Below are positions 1 through 9,402 of a stretch of DNA of 18,059 nucleotides, piece by piece. This stretch comes from Piromyces finnis finn (lineage: Eukaryota > Fungi > Neocallimastigomycota): assembly GCA_002104945.1 (NCBI GenBank), contig MCFH01000199.1:1-18059 (forward strand). The letters run 5' to 3'. The translations under genes and the position numbers were made by a program. How positions within the stretch are numbered: position 1 is the first letter of the stretch; each line of letters opens with the position of its first letter. Below the pieces are notes generated by a model that saw only the letters and a program-made list of their open reading frames with translations, was not told the DNA's origin and searched no databases.

Positions 1-963
1 TTACTTCCTGGATATTCATTAGAATTATTTTCACTGGTGGTACCAATAGATGTATCAGTTACTTCAGTTACAAGTACAGCTTCTAAGTCAGTATCATTAT
101 CTAATACTTCTTCTTTTTCATTTTCAAATGAAACGGAGGATATTTTTATTTATTTTCTATATTAAAATAATTATTTTTATCAATATTAAAAATATTAGAT
201 GGTTCAAATGAATGAATTTTATTAAGATTATTATTATTGTGGATGTTAGAATTATAATAGTTAGTTGTAGTATTTTCATTTAATTTAGGAAAATCATTTT
301 ATTTATATCTATTTTATTATTTAAGTAGCAAGTTTATTTAAGTCATTGATATCACTATTCATTACTTCATTATAAACATATCATTATTCTATTCAATTCA
401 TTTATTTCATTATTTTTAAATAATTATTATTCTTGCTTTTATCAATATCATTTTAAAATTTATAATTATTCTAATATATTACATGGAGTAAAATTAAATA
501 TAAATTTTAAAATATATTGATAAAAGCAAGATAATAATTATTTTAAAAATAATGAAATAAATGAATTATCTGAATATATAATGATATTGTTTATAATGAA
601 GTAATGAATAGTGATATCAATGACTTAAAAACACTTGCTACTTAAATAATAAAATAGATATAAATAAAAATGATTTTCCTAAATTAAATGAAAATACTAC
701 AACTAACTATTATAATTCTAACATCCACAATAATAATATCTTAATAAATTCATTCATTTGAACCATCTAATATTTTTAATATTGATAAAAATAATTATTT
801 TAATATAGAAAATAAATAAAAATATCCTCCGTTTCATTTGAAAATGAAAAAGAAGAAGTATTAGATAATGATACTGACTTAGAAGCTGTACTTGTAACTG
901 AAGTAACTGATACATCTATTGGTACACCAGTGAAAATAATTCTAATGAATATCCAGGAAGTAA
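1..963. repeat. Long inverted repeat / fold-back (arms 1-464 and 499-963, ~34 nt spacer)
   Basis: The reverse complement of 1-464 matches 499-963 (e.g. TTACTTCCTG at 1 vs CAGGAAGTAA at 954-963; 61-180 matches exactly). Differences are almost all small indels and increase toward the centre. The left arm reaches the window edge. Confidence 0.95.
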
Positions 964-2129
964 TAAAATTAAAGACTTTCTTAAAAAGAAAATTATCTTA
1001 ATAAATGGAATAAAGTACTATAAAGATGGTGGACAATATCAGAAAAGTTGTCGAAGATAAAGAAGAGAAAATAGAATTACTATTAGCTGCACATTCAATA
1101 GGTCATGAAGGATTTATAAAACTTATAACCGATTAAAGAAAAATTATTATTGGAAAAATATGTTCTAAAGATGTAGAACTACTTGTAAAAACTTGCCATG
1201 ATTGTCAATTAAAGAGACCTCAACCTATTAATAGTGGTACTGAATCATTTGCTACAAAACCAGGTCTACCATTCACTAGAGTTGGTTTAGATATTATTGG
1301 ACCACTACCAATAACTAAAAATAATAAAATATTAATAGTACTTGTAGACTATTTTACCAAATGGGTTGAAGCTGAACCACTAAAGTCAATTGAATCTACG
1401 GATGGATAAAATTTCTTACAAATGTATTTTCTAGACATGGTACTCCGGAAATATTAATTACTGATAATGGTCCACAATTTACTTCTGATGCTACTAAAGG
1501 CTTCCTTGATTTATATGGTATATATGTTCAATATTCTAGCACTTATCATCCCAGAACAAAATGGCAAGTAGAAAATCGTAATAGAGAAATTGTTAAAAAT
1601 ATTCGACTACTAGGAAACTCAAATAAAGAATGGGACGAAGTTCTACCATCTGCTCTATGGCTCTACGTACTTGTAAAAATGAAGTAACAAAATTTTCTAG
1701 TTTTGAATTATTATATGGTCGTACTGACCTTCAACCATTTGAACTTATGATAGAATATAATAATAAAATGAATACGAAACTCCAGAAGAATATTTAATAA
1801 ATAAATTTACTACACATTGGGAATGGATTATTGAAGTTACCAAAAATATTCAGAATGCTAATAAATTATGGGAAAATAGAAGAAAACAAAAAGCTTCAAT
1901 GAATACTGCATTCTCAGCTGGTGATTTAGTACTTGTTAGAAATTTTTCAAGAAGAAAGTTAGATCCATTTTTCATGGGACCTTTCCGTATTATTAAAATG
2001 GAATTTAATACTGCTACATTATGTGACCCTATTAGTGGTGCAATAGCTGAAAGAAATGTTCATCAAAAGAATTTAGTTCATTATCATACTTGGCACAATG
2101 AGACTTCCAGGGACGAAGTCCAAACTTAA
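840..2129 (+). pseudogene. pol: Ty3/gypsy pol 3' part (linker + integrase), frameshifted as given
   Basis: Manual translation across 1-bp indels: zinc finger H(1092)-SIG-H(1104) ... CHDC(1194-1205); core GLDIIGP (D 1290), ITDNGPQF (D 1463), VENRNRE (E 1571). The C-terminal GPF motif is in ORF 1899-2129 (FMGPFRI). No chromodomain precedes the stop. Confidence 0.9.
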
Positions 2130-2139
2130 GTGGGGGGAT
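2128..2139 (+). other. Polypurine tract of left gypsy element
   Basis: AAGTGGGGGGAT overlaps the pol stop and lies just before TGATACG at 2142. Confidence 0.75.
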
Positions 2140-2141
2140 CT

Positions 2142-2607
2142 TGATACGCTACTCACATAAAAAACGTAATAAAAACTAGCCGAATAAACACGACTTAACC
2201 CATAGCGATTTATAATAAAAATAAAAGATAATAACCCTTAAAAATGAATAAATAATAATTTTATGGAAATATAACCCTTTCTTTTAAATAAATAATATTC
2301 TCTTTATTAAATAATAAATTATGAATAAAAACGACTTAATAGAGATAATAATAAAATAAATTATTAAATAAATAAACGACTCAATCCAAAAATGTATTAA
2401 AATAATAAAATAATAATAAGTAAATAAAAATGAATAAATAAACTAAAAAAATAAAATGATATACATTAAATTATTAATTCTAGTGTTTTATCCAAGTGTT
2501 CTTTAGAAATTCTTTCAAACTTATATATATAAATTAACAAATAAATAACTGAGTAATTATTACTAAAAGTGATTAATTTAAAGCCTGGAAATAGAACAAT
2601 AATAACA
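2142..2607 (+). mobile_element. 3' LTR of left gypsy element (right boundary uncertain)
   Basis: Starts with TG right after the PPT. It has a TATATATAAA box near 2523-2533 and a tentative end at ...ATAACA (2607). No second LTR is in the window to confirm the end. Confidence 0.5.
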
Positions 2608-5113
2608 ATTTTAAAGATAAAATACAGAACTCTTTTATGTTTCTGTATAAAATGTGTTTATATTAATTGATACTTTTAATATTTGATTTTATTAATTTTA
2701 TTTCAATTTTTATTTAATTTTTATTTTAATTTTATTTTAATATTATTTTAATTTTAAATTTTAATTATTTTATTCAAGGTATTATACATTTAATGATAGT
2801 TAATGATAATTTATAATAGTTTTTCTAATTTTAAACATTTTGAAGTAATAAGAAAATCAAATAAGTAATATTCTATAACATTTTATAATATTAAGACATA
2901 ATTTTAATTTATTCTTTAATTTTAATAAATAATCACAATAGTAATAATATTTAATAGTTAAAATAATAATACATGTAATAAATGAAAAATGTATAAAAAG
3001 AAGATAAAATTCTTCTTATAAAAAGGGGGACAATAAATAGACAATAAATAAATTATAAATATAATAAAGAGATAATTTAAACATAATAAAAAGAGTTTAT
3101 TTTCGAGTTTTGAGTGATTTATTTGTTAATTATAAAACATATTTTATTTTATTTTAAATTTATTGTTTCATCATAAATATTAGAATTTATTATTTATTAA
3201 AATATATATTATTCAAAAATATATCGGTCAACGCATCAGTGTAAGAAATATTTGTGGCCATAAGTTTGCCCACAAATATTTCAATTGAAACCATATATTC
3301 TGGTCACCATTTATTGGCCAGATATATGTATAACCATATATTAATGGTTATTAATTAAATAGGAAGTTTATTTGCTTTACCCAATCAAGTGGTAAAGAAA
3401 ATAAACTAATATAGTTAAATAGTATAGTTAAAACTAACGTTAAATACTTTAGCGTTAGTATTAAAGTAAATTAGTAACTACATAATAATTATGTATATAA
3501 TTATAATTAATAAATAAAAGATATAATTAATATAGAATTATTTAAGTAAACATTATTTCATAAAATCTTTATACGTTTGTTTGTAATATTTTTAGTGTTA
3601 TAATATTTATTTTCTTTCTTTTATTATTTTTTATAAAACTTTATTTAGTTATTAACTCGTATAGAGAGTAATAACTAACTTAATTAACTAATTATATAAC
3701 TTATTAACTAATATTATAAAAACACCTTTTACAATTTGTTTGATAAATAAATGAATTATAAATATAAAATTATTATTATACCTGATTTTTAAGTTAACCC
3801 TAAAAGTAACTTAAAACAAGTTATAGTTTAATTAAGTACTTTACCAAAATTCTTAAATAAAATTAATCCTAAACACTGCATTATATTTTTGATTATTGAA
3901 AGAAAATAATAAACTTTAATTAATCGAGATCAAAATATATAACTCTTGTTAAATTAATTGTTTAAATTAATATTTATAACTTCGTTAGTAAATTACACTT
4001 TAAAGTAAACAAATATAATAATTTATGTTATAAAATATATAATTAAACACCTTTATTAAAACATTAAAAAAATTATTACTTTAATTAATTGTAAAATAAA
4101 CAACTTTTTATATTCTTTAACTTTTAATTATTTCTTTTATTGTTATTTCTAATTACTTTTATTATTTTATTGTAAATAGTTATTAATTTTATTGTTTTAA
4201 TGTAAATAGTTTAAATTTAAAAGAAAATATAAATGCATGTAAATATTCTTATTTAATCATCATTATTATTATTAATAAAGAAATATTATATAGTTGATTA
4301 ATATTTTATAATTTTAATAATCACTTTTATACTTAAATAAATAAAATTTTAAATATTTAAATATTAGAAAAACAAGTGTTTCTAATAAAACAATTTAGTG
4401 TTTTAACAAAACAATTTTATTAATTTATAAAAACGATCTTAAATCTTAATCAATATAACTTATATAGTTATAACAAAAGATATAAATAATAATCACTTTT
4501 TGAAGTAAAATTCAAAATTAAGATTATTATCAAATTATATCATGTTTGATACGAAGAGGATATTATCTTAATTCTATAAAGGAATATAGAAAGTGATAAT
4601 ATTTGTATCTAAAATTTAATAAATAAAAATAAATAAGAAAATAAAAATAGAATAAATGATTTTATACTTGTTCATTTGCAAGTCTTTGTTAGTTTAAAAT
4701 ATAAAATATTTATTTAATTATAAAGTTTAATATTTAATAACTCTTGTATTATTAAATATATATATGTTAATGGTTTAATACATCTTGAATGTATGTAAAT
4801 ATAATCACAACTATTATTTAATAAAATTAATATTATTATCTAAATTTTACTGGATTATTAGAACATCTTTTAAAATAAATAATTCTATCACTATTTATAC
4901 AAAATTATTATTTTAAAGTATAATTATAAACAAATATAAACTATTTAATTTAAAATAAATAAACAATTAAATAAACAAAAGTTACATTATAATTTTTAAT
5001 TTAATAATTTTATACAAGTTAATTATTTTAATTTTAACTATCTGTGTTTTAATAATAATAATATTATTATTATTATAAATTCATAATTTATAAATTTAAT
5101 TATTTATCATGTT

Positions 5114-5729
5114 TGTCACAATAACATATATAAAATTTAAAAAATTTGGACTCATGAAAAAATTAGAAATTTTTTTAAAATTTGAAATTTGAAAATTTGA
5201 AAAAATTTATTTTTTAAATTTTATTAAAAAATTTCAATTATAAAATTTCTAATATTTGAAATTATTAAATTTTTTTTAAAAATTATTAAAATTTTATTAT
5301 AAAAAAATTTTTATTTTAAATTTATTAACTATTACAATAATTATATTAATTATTAATTTATAAAATTAAATATTTTATAATTAAACAATAATTAATTAAA
5401 ATTAAAAAATGTAATAATTAAAATTGTTCATGTATAAAAAGAACAAAAATTGACAAAAATTACGAAGCTTTAGCGTTAGTAATTTTTTTTAACTTAAAGT
5501 TAATAAAATTATAAACTCCTATAAAACCTAAAACTTTAAAAATTTAATATTTTTAATAACTTAATATATGCTGATATTAAGTTATTGCTAAAATAAAAAT
5601 ATTATTTAATTTTCTTTATATAAATATTATTAGCTTTACGCCTTCAATAGGAAAGCGTATTATATTTGTTAATTAATATAACTAGTGTGCTTACCACACT
5701 TTTCTTTAATAAAAAATCGCTTTTTGACA
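5114..5729. repeat. LTR-like dispersed repeat, copy 1 (616 bp, TGTCA...TGACA)
   Basis: Direct repeat of 7949-8566. Homology starts at TGTCA and stops at TGACA in both copies. Flanks ATGTT / TTGTT match 4/5. Confidence 0.8.
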
Positions 5730-7129
5730 TTGTTCTTGATACAAGATGCATAGAAAAATATAATATTTTAAATATTTTATGAATAATATCTAATACTTTT
5801 ATAAAATGTATATCAATTACTAGTATTAATATAATTAAACTATATTAATATAAATTATTATGACGCAAATGTTACACATATATCAGAATAATTAATTACA
5901 CAAGAAATGAAAGATATAAAAATAATGAAAAGAACCAGATATAAAAAGAGATAAGAGAAAACTTTTCATTTATAAATAATATTTGATATTTTAGTTTTAA
6001 GTATAAGTTCTATTTTATTTTATTTTAGTTACAGTTTATTTTAGTTTAGTTTTAGGTTACTAATTACATATTTAGTATTTATTATATTTAATTCAGTTTA
6101 AAATATTAATTATAAAAGAAAAGAATAATTATTGTTTATTTTTATTATTTCAAAAAGTTATACTTTATTATTAATAAGAATTTTATCAATATATTTTTAT
6201 ATTTACATTTTATATTTAACTATTTATATTTATTAAACAATAACTTTCGATTCTACTAGTATTGGAATGTTATAATCTTATAATAATAATAATAATTAAA
6301 TAAAGAAACTTTAAACCAAAATCTATTAATTATATTATTATAAAATCTATTATTTTTATTATTTGTTTTTATTATTTTTTTTATTATTATAAAATAGTAA
6401 TAAATACAATATTATCTAATATATTATTCAACTCTCATTCCCTATTGCTAACGTTCACAATTATATTTTATTTATGGTGTTTTTGAAATATATTGCATCA
6501 TTCTTGATAAATAATAATTATAAATATATTATACATTTGATATTAGTAGAAAATTTTATTATAAAATAATTATTAAATAATTTTATATAGTTTATTATAA
6601 AAATATAATTTACATAAAATCAAATATTTTATAAATTTATATATTTGATTGGGTTAAATTATAAAAATAATTTTTAATATAAAGAATAATAATATTTTTT
6701 TAGTAGAAAATAAGAAGACTTAGATTATTAATAATAAGTTAAATTTTAATAATAGTTGATATAATTAATTAAATAATACATAATAATATTTAAAAGACAA
6801 AAATAAGTTTTTATATAATAAAAATTATTGTTAAAAGAGTGTAAAAACAATAAATAAAAGAAAATATAAAAACGAAATTAAACTTGTCTAATTTGTAATT
6901 ATTGTGTTAATAATAAATAATATTTTATAGAATAAATCTGGTGTTATTATTCTATATAATATTATTAAAATAATAGTACTATTAAAACTATAAAATAACT
7001 TAAAATAAATTAATAAAACTAGTAGATATTGTTAAAGCTCGTACAATAGCTGTCGAGATAAAACAATATAAGATAACAGAAGAAGTAGTTAAAAAGTTAT
7101 AATATAACTACCAATCCGTTATCAGTCTG

Positions 7130-7169
7130 TAATAATTATTATTATATATATATATAATAATAATTATTA
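7130..7169. repeat. Perfect 40 bp pure-AT palindrome centred on a (TA)n run
   Basis: TAATAATTATTATTATATATATATATAATAATAATTATTA is its own reverse complement. Confidence 0.85.
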
Positions 7170-7948
7170 TCTTCAATTTAATAATAATTAGTATTATTAA
7201 ACTGAGAAGTTAAAATAAATTTTATACTTATCTTAATAAGAGTTTATTATAAGGAAGTATAATAAACAACACAAAACTTTTAATGTTATTTAATTTAAAT
7301 ATTTTATTAATATGTTTTTTAATAAAGGTTATTTATTATAATAGTTCTTATAATAATAACTCTGGATTTTTAAGTGGAATTCCATAGTTCTTTTATTTAT
7401 AATTTTTTAATAATTTAAAGTTTAATAAAAAATTTCTAATCTTAACAAATAATCTTTTTAGGAAAAGACTAGAAGAAACCTAAAAAGATATTCGATTGAT
7501 AACTAATATATCAATCATCGTAATATTAAGTAAAACCGAATAAAATTCGGAAAAAACCTTAATATCCGATTGTCCTAATATTTATTTATATTTCTAGTTG
7601 TTTCTATAAGTTATTTCAAGATACGATACATAAATATAAAATACAAACGTAAAATAAAATACATAATGTTTCTTATAAAATGTAATACAAAATTATTAAA
7701 TAATAAAATAAATGAATGTTTACTATTATTTTAGATAAATTACTAAATTAAATAAATAATTAATTAATATAATAATTAAATAAATTTTACATTTAGTAAA
7801 TGAATAATTAATATTAATATAAATAACTGTTTATAGTAATTTAAATGAATGTATGCTAATAATTTAAATAATTAATTAATTTAATAATTAAAAAAATAAT
7901 TAAATAAGAATTAATAATTATTCAATAAATAATTATTAATTCTTACAG

Positions 7949-8566
7949 TGTCACAATAACACATATAAAAATTTAAAAAATTTGGACACATGAAAAAAAT
8001 TAGAAATTTTTTTAAAATTTGAAATTTGAAAATTTGAAAAAATTTATTTTTTAAATTTTTATTAAAAATTTCAAATTATAAATTTCTAATATTTGAAATT
8101 ATTAAATTTTTTTTAAAAATTATTAAAATTTTATTATAAAAAATTTTATTTTAAATTTATTAACTATTTACAATAATTATATTAATTATTAATTTATAAA
8201 AACTAAATATTTTATAATTAGACAATAATTAATTAAAATTAAAAAAATGTAATAATTAAATTGTTCATGTATAAAAGAACAAAAATTGACAAAAATTACG
8301 AAGCTTTAGCGTTAGTAATTTTTTTAACTTAAAGTTAATAAAATTTATAAACTCCTATAAAACCTAAAACTTTAAAAATTTTAATATTTTTAATAACTTA
8401 ATATATGCTGATATTAAGTTATTGCTAAAATAAAAATATTATTTAATTTTCTTTATATAAATATTATTAGCTTTACGCCTTCAATAGGAAAGCGTATTAT
8501 ATTTGTTAATTAATATAACTAGTGTGCTTACCACACTTTTCTTTAATAAAAAATCGTTTTTTGACA
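7949..8566. repeat. LTR-like dispersed repeat, copy 2 (618 bp, TGTCA...TGACA)
   Basis: Direct repeat of 5114-5729 with about 5 substitutions plus homopolymer indels. Flanks TACAG / ATTTG show no TSD. Confidence 0.8.
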
Positions 8567-8663
8567 ATTTGTGATTGTGTAAGAAACATAGATAAATTCT
8601 ATATAATTTATCTATTTTCTTATTAATTAATATTTATTATAATATTTATTATTATTTATTGTT

Positions 8664-8764
8664 TAATACATTAATTTAACACATTATTTAATACACTATT
8701 TAATACATAATTTGATACATTAATTAAATACATTAATTAAATACATCGTTTTATTACATTAATT
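8664..8764. repeat. Degenerate minisatellite, 8 x 12-13 bp (consensus TAATACATTAATT)
   Basis: Units start at 8664, 8677, 8689, 8701, 8713, 8726, 8739 and 8752. Confidence 0.75.
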
Positions 8765-9200
8765 TAGTTGTATCATTTTAACCAATCCATGTATAATGTA
8801 TTAAATTACTATAAAAGAATAATCTTGATTCTCTTTTGAGAAATCAAGAGTTATTATTATATAAATTTATTAATAAATAAAGTATTAATTATTTTTAAAA
8901 ATGATGTTTATTTAACGTGTGTTTTTATATTTAAGTGTTAATATTTAATATTTTGTTTATTAGTATTTTTATATAATAAACTCGACATTAATGTTTTTAT
9001 TTTCTTTCTCAAATTAGTAATATTTAATTATTATTAATTTGTAGAAGAAGTTATTTATAATTTATTTATAAGTAACTTCTTACAGATTGGTACAATACAT
9101 TCAGAAAAATGTAATAAATCCATATATTTGACAAATGAAATAACCCTTATAAATATATATATATAAATATTTTTAATTAATAAATTGATATAGTAATAAG

Positions 9201-9389
9201 TGATAAGTTTAGGTTTAATATAACTTTATTTATTAAATAAAATTTTATTAAAGGTAATTACAAGGCTTAATAAATTTTACATTATTATTTTTATATCTTA
9301 ATTTGTGGCGTTACATACTTTATATCAAGTATGTGGCTTAACTTGTATTTATTCTATTTTATATTAAATTATTCTAAGTTATTCTAATA
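9201..9389 (-). mobile_element. Candidate copia 3' LTR (~189 bp, TATTAG...TTATCA)
   Basis: Begins right after the PPT and contains TATAAA and AATAAA motifs on the minus strand. The end at TTATCA (9201) is inferred from typical copia LTR ends and is not confirmed by a second LTR. Confidence 0.55.
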
Positions 9390-9398
9390 TTCCCCCTC
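9390..9398 (-). other. Copia polypurine tract GAGGGGGAA
   Basis: Starts a few nt after the pol TAG and is a typical copia PPT. Confidence 0.85.
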
Positions 9399-9402
9399 AA
9401 AC

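Noticed and set aside
3021-3050. AAAAGGGGGA as another PPT
   Set aside because: Followed by CAAT and an 11 bp tandem duplication rather than a TG LTR start, with no upstream pol remnant.
3237-3266. CAGTG...GTGGCCATAAGTTT as a Tc1/mariner terminal inverted repeat
   Set aside because: Not preceded by TA, and no partner TIR or transposase was found in the window.
5637-5686. Helitron-like 3' end (hairpin followed by CTAG-T) in the 617 bp repeat
   Set aside because: Homology between the two copies continues 44 nt past CTAG to TGACA, and the 5' end is TG, not TC.
5860-7110. Short coding-looking patches (e.g. LVDIVKARTIAVEIKQYKITEEVVKKL at ~7018-7098; hydrophobic frame near 6434-6570)
   Set aside because: Under 50 codons, bounded by stops, with no recognisable motif. 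They could be decayed coding DNA but cannot be supported without a translated search.
2600-9200. Numerous short pure-AT hairpins and TATA/AATAAA words
   Set aside because: Expected by chance at this AT content. Only long or GC-containing stems were reported.
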